The notes under the pieces are model-generated. The model was not told where the DNA came from. It made no database searches and worked only from the letters and a program-made list of their open reading frames with translations. From Chrysomallon squamiferum (Eukaryota > Animalia > Mollusca): a stretch of 64,000 bases of DNA. Positions 13,380 through 26,700 of the stretch are shown here, in pieces (position 1 is the first letter of the stretch; each line of letters starts with the position of its first letter). Location of the stretch: positions 26,598,001 through 26,662,000 of the forward strand of contig CM022671.1 of assembly GCA_012295275.1 (NCBI GenBank), read 5' to 3'. The position numbers were made by a program, and so were the translations under genes.

Positions 13380-14005
13380 GAAATAAAAACCAGTTATTGG
13401 GTGCTTCCATCAAAAGTGAATGAACAGTTTCAGAGAGATCTCGTGTACCTCCAAAATCAATCATTTTGTAGTGCAATACATAAGATCCATATTTCCGTCA
13501 AGTCTGTTTGTGTGTCTGAACTGTGAACTGAGTTTTTTCCAGGAGAAAGAATCAAAACAACTGTTTTATAAAATTAGCTATATATTATCAATAAAATTTT
13601 AAATTTGCAAATTTTTTGCAAGATCTTGCCAAAACTTGTGTGTTTGTCACAACAATTTTTTAATGTTTTAATTTTGGACTATTTTTTCCAAATATGATGA
13701 TGATATTAATTTTTTGTTTTTTAAAGTAACATCAACTTGATGAGAATAATAAGTTTATTTAGTGATAATCACTGGTGTGATTCATTCCCCTGGAACAGTT
13801 GATGAGAGAGTTGTATGTGAAAGTTATTCATTGACAGAACTATATATATATATATATCTATATATATAGTGACTCCATGCAGCAAATAAGGTTGAACAAA
13901 ACATGAAAGTAGAATTAATTTATTGTACAAACTGTCATGTGTGAAATATAAACAATTTATACTGTTACTTGTACAGTATATCTGAGAATGATACTACAAA
14001 ATATG

Positions 14006-14011
14006 AATAAA
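14006..14011 (+). terminator. Candidate LRIG poly(A) signal
   Basis: AATAAA preceded by TGTA motifs and followed by a GT/T-rich tract; many other AATAAA hexamers exist in this AT-rich DNA. Confidence 0.3.
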
Positions 14012-14130
14012 AACGATAAAAATTACCAAACTGTTTTGTTATCTTCGTATAAATAATGGTGTTCTTATATTTTCAAGTCTGTTGTTTTTACTAAACTATG
14101 ATTCTAGAAGGACTTTTTAAAAAATTATTA

Positions 14131-14161
<31 letters not shown>

Positions 14162-16625
14162 TTATGATTTACAATAGGTGTTTATTTTGATTATACATGA
14201 AAAGAAGGTTATGCTTCAAAATTATTAATATTTATTAATTAAATACTGAATAAAGTGCCTTTGAGTCATAGTGGTACCAACAATGTGGTTCAGAAAATAA
14301 ATAAATTAATTAGTTAATAAGGTATGTTCTCACCATAACGATTAAATCTTTGGTTTTAGGGTGAGAGAATGTGATATGCTTGAACAGCATTAATGTATGG
14401 GGAGTGGTTTGCCTATATTATTATTATTATTATTATTATCAGCAGATATTTGTCGAGACAAGCAGGCAGGATCAGATGACAAATATTATGTCATCTGAGA
14501 AGTACTTTAAACAGAAGCGAAACATTCAAACACCAGAATGTTACATTTTTATTAAATCTTGAAGTCATGCATGGATAGTTTGCGTTCATGCATAAATGGT
14601 ATACATGTTACATGGAAACCCATATGCTGAGGGTTTGGTGTAAAGAAATCAACATCTCTGCCGCCTGAATGATGCGTGTTTTTCCCATCTGTTGCATGAA
14701 AAAGTCACAGAATTCCTCGTGCCTGATATCTGCAGATGCAGGCCTGTGTAAAATGTGTGGTATTACATTTGTTTACATGCTTCATAACAATTTCATCTTT
14801 TGAAGACATGCACATGTCGGCTTGTTTTTGTTGGTTTTGCATAAATATCAAGTTGTTGAAAATCTAAATTTCTGCTTATATTTTTTTTTTTTTATTTTTT
14901 TTATTTTTTTGAGAAGTAAAAAGTGTGAATTAAGAATAAAGACAGTCTGGTAATAACATTACTTCATTTTTGAAAAAACATCTGGTGAAATTGAAAACAT
15001 TATTTCACAGAATTACTGTGGGTGGTATATTTTTGTGATGCAAACTTCAAAAATATGGAAAAGAAAATTCTTAATAATATCTTTTTTTTGTAACTGTAAT
15101 TAAAAAAAAAATAAGAACAAGAAAACAAAAGATTAAGCCATTGGTATGAATATTTTCAGTTTAGTCCTGTTAACATTATTTAATTTTTTTTTTTTTTTTT
15201 CACTCTCTACATGTTATTTCTTTATTTGCTGAAATGAATATTGTGCTGGTCACAGTTTCACATGAAAACTTTCAGCTGTGTGTTGTATTATTCCTGTTTT
15301 TCATGTATGACTAAATTGGTCATGATCTCATGAAAAGTTATGAACAGTTAACAATTTGAGTATGCACTGGATAAAAAAAAAAACATAAAACATCTACTGG
15401 GAATTTCCTTCTTTTTTTAATTTTTTTTTAAAAATTATTTTTTTAAATTAAATAAATAAATAAATAAATAAATGAATAAATTTTCCTGAACATCACAGAT
15501 ACATTTCAGACTCTACAAAGTTTTCAGCAACTTTGACAGATCTCATACATAACTATATTTCACAGACGTCCTTATTGCTGAAGTTTCAGAAACTGTGTGT
15601 AGAAATAGACTGATAACTGAGAATATATTTTGATACAGAGATATCTGGGATGACTGTGACCAGATTTTACTTATGAAGAAAGTTATAGACAGAGATTCTT
15701 GGGATGAAAGGCAGTTTTGACTGTGACTGGATTTTACATGTGAAGTTTATTTCAGATCAGTAAATTGGTGTCTCCAGATTTTGCAATGACACTATTGGTG
15801 TAAAACAATTTTAGACTTTAAAAGTCAGTGTGCCACACCATTCACTTGTTATTTATCGTTTAATTTAGCAAAATACGAAAAAATATATAAATAAATATTT
15901 ATATACCTATATCATTAATTTACTTACCTTTTGTTCTTCTATAATATTTAATTATTAAAGTTATATCCATCTAAATAATTCATTAAAATTTTGCAATTTT
16001 TTAATGCTACATAAAAACAAATGTCAAATCTTAATATTTTCATAAATTGAATCATGTCCGAAATCGATTCATTGTTTTAATTCGTTTTCACTTAGTGTTG
16101 AAAAAGTGTCACATTTACATAGACTCAGTCTTTTCAGTAATTTCTCTTAACTATCTACTCTTGTAGGTAAACTTACTGTACGGGTTTTATGGGTAATTTG
16201 TCGAAAACAGAATTATAGACAACACAAATTAAATAAATAAATAAACTCGAGATAATATAAAGGATTAGTAATTTCGACAGTAATCCTGTTGAATTATTGA
16301 ATGAAACATTCATTGGTCTCATTCATAGCAAGATTACATCTTTTCAAAAGAACTAGCTATATCTAGGTTTTAATGCATGTTTCTCCCGATAATAACAGTA
16401 CTGTTCTCCAAATACAATAAACCAATCAGTTCCCAACATTCAAGAATACATTTTACCAACACAAATACCAGCAGTGATGTTTCACTGAAAATAAATTCTA
16501 AATAATTGTGTACATTCATCTGGTACACTTCATATTTTTAAACATAAACATTTCTTTGTGCATACCCACATAATTCAGACACTGTGATAAACACAAACGA
16601 AGAAGACGTGGTAAAAAGCTTGGCT

Positions 16626-16631
16626 TTTATT
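16626..16631 (-). terminator. Candidate Met-like gene poly(A) signal
   Basis: Minus-strand AATAAA after a TGTA-rich stretch, followed by a T/GT-rich tract. Confidence 0.3.
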
Positions 16632-16979
16632 TCAAACAAATTACAAAATTAAAAACAACATAAATTATTGAGTCTTAATCAAGTCCTCAGCTTGGTTACA
16701 TGTTTTCACATTAAAAGCATTTTACAGAAACTTTGCATATTTCTCATGCATGTTGTATGTACACTAAAAGTAGCACCACTCTGTAAACGTTTACATTATG
16801 CATTGTATGTGATGCGGTAACTACAGACATTATACACTATCTCCACACATATATAATCAACATTACAAAAACTGTTTATCAAAAAAGAGGCATGTTGTAC
16901 ATGAAATTGTCTTGTAAAAAAAAAAAAAAAAAAAAAAAATATTTAAAAGAAAAGTAAAATAATAAAAAAAATGATGATG

Positions 16980-17027
<48 letters not shown>

Positions 17028-17391
17028 TGTAAACTATTCTAAAAATCGGTATTGTATAAAATGCTAGGTACAAAATTCTCGACACTTTAGTAAACATTTT
17101 TATAAAGAATTTGGCAGTAGAATTTAAAAAATAATATAAATATTATAAAGAAACTAATGGAAGTATTCTAAAAATGTTGTTATTTTAAAAATATAAAAAT
17201 TTAAATACTTATAGCAAAAATACAAAAATGGATATATGTATGAACATTTTTTGTGTGTGTGTTGGACTAAGTTCTGTCATGAAATGTCAAAAATAGGGAC
17301 AATATTTATAAAGCACCACTTATTATGTTATTTTAACTATAATTCTTCGGTAATTTTTTTCATTCTTCACTTTTTAAATTAATTAATCTCT

Positions 17392-17422
<31 letters not shown>

Positions 17423-20400
17423 TTTTAATTATTAATTTTTTTTATTTTATTTATTTTATTTTATTTATTTTATTTTTTTTTTTTTTTTTTTATTGGTACT
17501 CGTACTGACACTGTTATATGAAGCATAAACCAAAATGCAAATGACATTCTCTAATGATAAACAAAATATTTACTCTGTATGTTACTCTCTGATTATCCTA
17601 TGAAACATTTTCAGTTTTCATGATTCAAAACTCAATACATAAAATAATTTTTTAAATGTCTGCAGTAAAAATAAATTTTAAAATAGTTTTAAGTAAATCA
17701 ACATTTAAGTACTTTTTGTATTGGTTACTTTTTCTAATATGTGTTATATGTGTTTAATAAATAAAACATTAAGTTAAATATAAAAATAAGTTACAGCAAA
17801 ACAATGTATTATTATACACAACCCACTCAAACAACATGGAACTTACATGATTGAGCAATGAAATTTAATAAGTTTTGAAAAATGTGGAAGAAAAACTATC
17901 TTTAATATGTTAAATACAAGTTAAATGCTTAATAATCTTAATGGTACATATATTTTTTAAAAAACAATGGCAAGTAAGTTAAAACATAAAACTGATTTTG
18001 AAAATTTGGGGAAACATTTATGTAAATTTCTATTAGCTGAAGAGTATTTTTACTGTATCATAATAAAGAGCATTGCTGCAGGTTATAAGAAAGATAAAAG
18101 AAAATAGTGATATTTGTTATTAATCCTGTTATGAAAATATCTAAATCATAACATTATTAACCTATTATCTCAGTCACATGCAACAAATTGGTACAATCTG
18201 TCAGTTAGTGTGAACACCACTTTAATTACCAACTATAAAAACTTCTTTAATAACCATTTAAGTGATTTATCTGTATATATATAAAATAAAATAAAACTTT
18301 AATTACCAGTTAAATGGTCTGTGAAAACTTCTAATTACCAATTAACAGATGCACATCTGACTTCTTTATGATTTTCACAAAACATTTTGTAATCAAAATG
18401 CTGCTGTTGGGCTGAACAACACTGTAAATGGTTTCAAGGCAATGGAAGGTACAATGTACACAGTTGAGCTATACAGGTGCAGTGGTTTATGTTACAATAC
18501 ACAACTAACGCCAATACAAGTATGAATGAACAAGCTGCTATCATGCATACCATATATTCGTGGGATGAAAGAACAAAACAAATCCACACATTATGAACAG
18601 ACCTATTTTACAAAAACCTTTATGTTAAATGATATACCAATAAACAACTAGAGTTTATTTTAATTTTTAATTATTAAGAAAAATGGTAATAAATTAAAAA
18701 AAAACAAAAAAAAGGAAGAAATTTATACATGATGATAATAAAATTAAAAAAAAAAAAGTGGGAAAATTCTTTTACAGTTGTGGATTTAAAAAAAAAAAAA
18801 ATTAAAAATTGCATGGGTGGACGGACATTAAGTGGCTCAAAAATGCTTGTAAAAAAGTTACAACTGATCTTTAATATCATGCACACATGAAACTGAAATG
18901 AGTTTTTAATAATAAATAATAAATACCATATTTCATCTAAAAAAAAAAAAAAAAAGATTGAGTGGTTATTATACTATGTGGTATTTTTATTTTTTTAAAT
19001 ATGCTGCCAACATACCAATGATATATACATTAAGAAAATGTCAATAAATAGAAACAATGGAATAAAAAATTATAGTTAAAGATATTTGTTACTTGGCATT
19101 TAACAATAAAGAGGTAACTGCACAATCTGATTTTGTTATAGCATTAAAAAAATCTTGTGATAAATTATTTTATTTTTCAAAATATCAATTGCTATAATGT
19201 ACTGGCAATACCTCTGTATGAATAAATGTCAACAGAAACAATTTTCAGAAGAAACATTACAGAATAAATTATTAGTTTTTTAACCAATTTTACAATATGG
19301 AAGTATAGTCAATGAAATATAAATATACCAGTTACATTTATTATATTAAAAGTTAAGAATTGCTGAAAGGTATAAATTATTTAAATGTACATTTTGGAAA
19401 CCAGATCTGTCTTTAAATCTCAAACATTTAAAAAAAAAAAGAAAAGAAAGAAGGTTACTCTTTGAATATAATAATGTTTTTGTAATTGTAAATTAGGTAA
19501 AACAATTTCAATGGTTTATTTACAATTTAAACCCTGTGATTTTAATAATGCACTGCATACTGAAAATGAACAAAACAGTTGGGTTCTTTGAAATGAAATC
19601 TTTTTCTGATTTCAAACTGAGAGAACTGTGTTGTTTGACCATCAAAAAGTTTGTGATTTACAAATGTAAAATTTTAAAAATACGAGAGGTTCTTAACACA
19701 TGACAGTCAGGTGAATACTTGTCCATTAGCAAGCAGATATGTTATAAAACATGTTAGACTCTGCAAAAACTAAAATGTCTTTGTAAACATTCAGAGAATT
19801 TTGCTATTTGTACATACCAAATACATTTGTTTTATGAAAGGTATCAATTTAAAACATGCAATTTTGGGTCTAAAATTTTTTTGAAATTCCACAATGAATG
19901 ACAATCTATATGTTCCATGTAAAAAATAAATTATTATTATAAAAATACATTGTAAATTAAAATATCTAAAAATGTGACTGTTGCTGATTTTTTTTCTAAT
20001 TGTTCCACTGAGTTTGTGTGAGATAAACACACAGATTTCTCAAACACTGTTGAAACTGTTCTGCTCATTTGTTCCCATTACAAATATCTTTGGTTCTAGA
20101 ACAACAGTTTGTTCCCACAGACCAAGGCTTGTTTTCATTATGCAGAAAGGAACAACATCTTTAAACTTTTCAACTCGACTGACAAAACAAATAGTAAAAG
20201 TTTTTCAGAAAGCGTTTTTTCTCACAATGTCAGTATTGTTTCTTTTAATACAGTGAAGAAATCTGTTTCTATACAAGTCAGAAATTCATACGTACTACTG
20301 TCAGAATACTAAATACATAGATTTCTTTTCACCTACCCAAACTAACTACATATTTTTTTGTATCTTTTACTAGATCTGAATTCATTTATTTTCTTATTTG

Positions 20401-20574
20401 ATTCTGAAGGTTTTAAAGAAGAGTATTCATCATATAATAGTTCTGTTAAATTAATCAACATATGCGTTAAGTCTTTATCTTGTTTTTTTTAGTTTGTTGA
20501 CAAATATCTGCACCTAATTTTTTCCACTATGCTGTTAGAGGTTTTCGCATTGTGACCTTTGACCCTGTGTTTCG

Positions 20575-20761
20575 CTAGCCCACAACTTCGAGATATTCGG
20601 TGGATCCTCCGATGTCCACGCTGCTCAGAAGGGGCTGGTTTTCAGAACTCTCCCCACCCCCCTCCTCTGTCTGGGTGAAACGGGTCACCTCCTGGTGAGA
20701 TTTGTGGAATGTCGGTCTGTCTCCTGGTGTTTCTGTCCAGCACTGCAGCATCAGCTGATAG
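20575..20761 (-). CDS. Met-like terminal exon 26 (kinase end and tail)
   Basis: tgtag|[18 protein letters not shown]...[25 protein letters not shown]. Confidence 0.92.
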
Positions 20762-23700
20762 CTACAACAGCAAAATAATCTTTATTAAAGCATGAGAGAA
20801 TGTTTGGAGTCATATTTTAATATAAAAGTGTTTGTAAGCCTTTTTGTAACACGTTCATGGGTCACTCTTACTGATTAGCAGCATGGGAATTATATATTTA
20901 CACCTTCCCATAGACAGGACAACACAAAGCTGACAAAAACATGATCTCTGATAAACGACTGGTGGAATTGACAGAAGCTAAGAATGACTGATTTCTGATT
21001 ATTAAAATACAGTAATTTTCTAACCTAAGTTTATCTTAGAACTACAATTTATCACTTCATTTATGATAATGTTACAATTCTGATCTTGGATTTTATAACA
21101 GTTTTTTTTTATATAAGCTTCAGTTATCATCAGATACATCTACAAAAAGACTTAATTTTAATTAAGTGATAAAAACTTTATGTAACAATAAATAAGTAAA
21201 TAAACAAAAAGGCATATTTATAACTTGAGAAAATAGTGACTTTTAAATTCACAGATAAAAAAACAATTAATTATATGAAAAATTCATGCAAAAGTTGATG
21301 GAATTTTTATTTCTTATGATAAAACTCGACTTACATATTCTCAGGGCACTGTTTAGGCTTCCTCATTCTCTTTCCACTTTTAAGATAACTCTTCAAGTCT
21401 CCACTGTCAACATCTGGATATGGAGTTACTCCCCTTGTCATCAGTTCCCACAGAACAATGCCAAATGACCACTAAAGAAATAAAAAGTTTAATAATTCAT
21501 TAAATATGAAAAACATAATAACCATGGAATAACAAAGATAAATATATTAATAAATTGATAATCAGTTTCTGATAGAAACTGGTTCACATAGGACATTATT
21601 ATTATTCATTTTAATCTTTTTAAACACTATTTTTATCCATTCCATTTGTTGTCTTTCCACAATACTTTCACTTCTAAAAGCAAAAGGTAACAAAGTGTTT
21701 TGTAAAGCAGTCTCACCACATCAGACTGTGATGAAAACTCAAAGTTCTCCAGTGTTTCCAGTGCCATCCACTTGTACAAGTCCTTCACTGTGCTGTCTGC
21801 AGAGAAGAAGAAATCTCTAGAAAACAGGCTGCTGGTGATTCCATAATCTGTCAGGTGCACAGTCTTGTCCTCCATCACTCTGATAATAATATCAGCAGTA
21901 ATGATGATGATGATAATGATAAATATGATGATGATGATGATGATGATTATAGTAATAATAAAAATAAATAAATTAGGACGAGAATGATAATAACAAATAA
22001 TAATAATAATATTGTTATTAACATATGCAAATGTGATTTATTATTAAAAATCTTTTTTTAATTTTTTTGTAAAATTTTAAATTTATACAAGAAGGATACA
22101 GATATAAGTAAAACAAACAAACGTACATGCAGTTTCGTGCAGACAGATTTCTGTGTACAATCTTAGCCTCTGTGAGGTAAACCATGCCCTCAGCCACCTG
22201 TCTGCCAAAGTCCAGTAACTCCATTACAGTTATTTCCTGCAAACACAAAACATGAATAAAATTAAACACTTACTAGAGTGTGTAAGTAACTCATTAAAAT
22301 CAATAACTAAAAAAAGATAAATAAAATTAAGTTAACGTAACGTACAACGAAATAATTACTAATATTTATTAACTTAGTGTATTTTTATTGAAATAATTTG
22401 TAAATCTCTAGTGAATTAAACACAATTCTGAGTTAGAGATTTCCAAATTATTTCTAAAATTTATCTAACTACATTTTGTTGTTTTAGGTAATGTCAAATT
22501 CTAAGCTTGTTGGAATATAAATATTTTGATGTTATAAAAAGCATTGAATGTATTTGAGCATTTTCTTTCTCATATTACATGCATACGCATACATACAAAA
22601 ACACACACACACACATTCACATTCAACACATACACACAATTGTGTTCTTTGACAAAAATGCACAGATTAAGGTAATCATCCAAATATCAGCATCAAAAAT
22701 GATCTGCTGTGTTCACATACTTTAGAAGGTTCTCTGATGTAACTTTTGAGATCTTCGGTTGCCATGAACGGCATGATGATCATGGGGTCCTCACTGGTGG
22801 TGACACACACTCCAACCACAGACAGGATGTGTCTGTGCTGAAGATTCTTTAATGTAGCAGTTTCTTGTAGAAACGTCTGCATGGCTTCAGCCTCTGCGTT
22901 CTTACCTGATGAAGGAAAACAATAAATCTTTATCTGTTTACTACTCACTCTATGAATTTCCTAAACTGAGCATGATTTGTTCTTTTTGGACAGGATTCCA
23001 TAATTTTTTTATTAAAAAATGTTTTGGGAATCACAGCACAAGTAAACAATATTTTCTTATGTTAAAATTTTGACTATGGCGACAAAAGATTCATAAAAAT
23101 GGCATGTAGAAACATTTAATCTGTTATTATATCATTAAAAGTAAAACTCACTGATGAAAATTAATAGTTCTACACATGTATCTACTTAAAGTATGGAAGA
23201 CTGTTTTTGACAACATATTTAAAGTATGCAGCTCTCTATCACACAACTTACAGTTTAGTGTTTTAAGAGCCACTTGCACAGGTTTGTCTTCTCCACTGCG
23301 TTGATACTGGGCTTTATACACGGCTCCAAAATGGCCTGAAAAATTACATGTTGAAATAATTAATCATCAGGATAAAATATATAATTACAAACAAAAAACA
23401 TTACAGTATGAATTGGGTTTATCACTTACAAAGAATTCAAAATGGTTACTATAAAATCTACCATTTAATTTATAGATGAATAATAAATGATTGTGATATA
23501 GCGTTAGATACAAATATTTCTGTTCAAATGGAAAAACATATATCCTCTCTTTTTCTCATATGTCTGTGCATTCATACAACACTAGTATGAATGTATCAAT
23601 ATTAACAGATTAGATCAAAGCAGTTCTAATCAATGGAAGTAAACCAGAGAAATTACATACTGCAGAGTCCTCATTTCAGTAATCAGCATTGAATCAACAT

Positions 23701-26700
23701 ATGGCTGGAAAATGACAGCGTGGATTATCAAGGGCTCACTGTATAAACAAACAGCAGTCTGTGATTTTTACCTTTTCCTATAAGTTCTCCGATGTCCAGC
23801 CTGCTCCTGGGTATCAACATGGAGCTGATGCTGTGTCTGACAGCAGTGTCCTCAAATTTACCTAGCAGCTCAGCAATGTACGGGCCAGAATCTGAAAACA
23901 ATAATAAAACAAACAATTTGTAAAAAATAATAATAAAGAGAAAGTTTCATCTGAAGCAAAGAAATAAAAACCACTGAAATAAAAATAACCAAAAATCTGA
24001 ATACAATAATAAAACAATTATTTTTACAGAATTTATAGAGAGAATGGTATGTCAGAGTTTAATAACCTATTGCATGCTGTCAACAGTCAGTGTATTATGT
24101 TCAGATAAATATATTTAGATGTTTGAGAAAGGAACCAGAAGATAACAAAAACTATATATCATACTGAAATATTCTAATCAGAATTTGCCAATATAATTTT
24201 ATTTAGGATGAACATATAAAGCAAACAATGAGTGATAGATAGTTAATAATCCAAACTTTACCTTTATCATCCAGGATCTGTCCATTCATGTCAGCTTTGA
24301 CCGAGACGTTATTCATCCCAATCTCTTCCTCTTCCTTCTTTCCTTCGTAATCTTTCAGCACATCAGGAATGTAGTTTTCGCTTGGTCCATGTTTGCGGTG
24401 GCGTCGAATCACGCAGATGGTGAGAAGGATTATGATGGCCAGGATGGGCAGCACCACTCCCAGAATAACACCAAGTGCAATAGGCTTGTCCGAGCTGGTA
24501 ACTTCGTAGTACTGAAGATACCCTACATCTGCCTTCAGATTGCCTATATGTACCTGGTGACAAACAGTACAAACATTTACATATAAGCATACAAATATAG
24601 CCAGAGCAGCATGATAGCCACTCAAGGGACGAAGCAAACTTGGGTGTCATACAGAGTTAAAACAATAAAATTATTCTGGAGAAACATAAAGATGAATGTC
24701 ACAGACAAGTTGTTGTCATATTCCAATGCCTGTGACAGTATGTAGTATCAGAAATCTAGGTAAACCAATAACTTTTAAACAGCATACAACAGTACAAAAA
24801 TAGTATTCTCAAAAGGAAGATGATATAAATGGAAACACATTAAAAAAAAATGTCAGATATTTAATTCAGATAAATATAATGCTATGATATCAGTTTCTGC
24901 TTTGAAAGCAGTTTGTCAAATCATTTTACATCAATGTCTGGCTGTTCTGAAGATTTTGATATGAATGTAAAAATGTTAATTAGATAGATCACAATGCATT
25001 AGGTCATGAATATACACACTGCAATAGGTCATGAATATATATACACTGCAATACATGATGAATATAAACTTACCTCTACTACAGCCTTTCCCATGTTGTC
25101 CATGCCAGCAGGCTGCTCTGGAGGTTTACATGTGATGGCTGTGTCAGTGGCAGCAGGGTTCTCACACAGACTGAGTCCAACATACACCTTAACATTGGAA
25201 ATGAGTGGATTCACTGTGCGGAAACGACCCTGTGTAAGAGAACGTAGCAGTCTGCATTAACAACACAAAAGAATAATATATAATCCATCTCTACACTGCA
25301 GTGAGTATAATATAACATACACTGGTAATAGATGGTGCAGTTTCAATAACAGCAGAGAAAGATATGAAGACACAGTCAGACACAGATAAAAAGATTGGGT
25401 GTGTTTGTAGTCTACGTATGTAGTGGTGTACTAGAAAGGGAGCCTGTGTTTTTTATTTCTTTTTAAACTTAGAATTGTAGAGACAGCATGAAAGGATGAA
25501 AGTTTTTAACCATCTAATGTATCATTATTAAAGAAAATAAGAAAAAACAATAAGAAAAATGTTCTGTTAATTAATCTAATTAAACTACCATATTACACTA
25601 TCAGAGCAAGAAAGCATAGATGGAGTCTTAATAATGGGTAGAAATATTGTGACACATCTAAATTCAACATTACATACCTGAATGGACAACCAGTCATCTT
25701 TGACAAACTTCTTTATTCTGTTGTCTCCTGGGAAAGAATATATATCTGGATCAGGGTAGTACAGGATTGGACCAAATATTGTATCATGGGAAATGTTCTT
25801 CAGAGACATGACACCATCCATGTTGAAGCCATAGTGCACTTCCAGTGGACTGGTCTCAGTGACGTTCACTCCTGGGTTGATGCCAGGTACAGGACACTGC
25901 AACTCAATTTCTTGTTCAACTGTACATGCCTGTTAGTTAATAGATTTAAAAAATAGAAAATAATGTTTAAAACTTTATTTCTGTTACTTTAAGGATCTAC
26001 AACAACAACAACAGTAACAGTAACAATAACAATAATAACAACAAAATAATATTAAAAATTATATTTCTATTCTTTTCTGTATCTTTAATTTAAAATAATA
26101 ATTATAATAATAATAATTTTTTTATTTTTTAAAAACCCACACCAAACAAACAACTAAAGATATGCCTAAATTAAACTAATGGATAACTTAACAGAAGAGT
26201 ACTCATTTTTTCAGTTGGTAGGTTGATGTTATGTTTTATTTCTTAAAATTAATTTCTAAAATTGAAATTAAATTCATTTGTCACAAACTGCTCAGACATT
26301 TACGACAAATTAAAGTCATCATTATTACTATTCAACATATGAAGTTTTGGCTGGTGACTTACAGTTTTGTAAAACTTGCCACCGTATGTAGTGAAGAATT
26401 CTGGTTTCTGAATCAAGTCAAGTCTTTGTCCCACAACTGTGATGGTTGTTCCACCACTGTCAAAAAATTCAAATTAATGAGAATGAGGTTATATGCATCA
26501 GTTAAAGATATATGCGATACAGATTTTATGATTTCAAAGATAAAAACTAATATGGAATTTTAATGAATGTGTTGTATCAATATTTTACTGAGTATTTTTG
26601 AAAATGACATATTAATTAACACATTTTGTGTGAATATTAATATACTTCAGCAATATTTCAGACAAATATTAATATAATTATCTGTAGAATACAGAGATAC

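Noticed and set aside
20575-23891. Kinase region as a decayed pseudogene
   Set aside because: No stops or frameshifts, canonical splice sites, structural motifs intact; the changes are concentrated on catalytic and phospho-regulatory residues.
24340-24356. KDYE as the MET Cbl-binding DpYR motif
   Set aside because: The required Arg is absent and the context does not align with MET Y1003.
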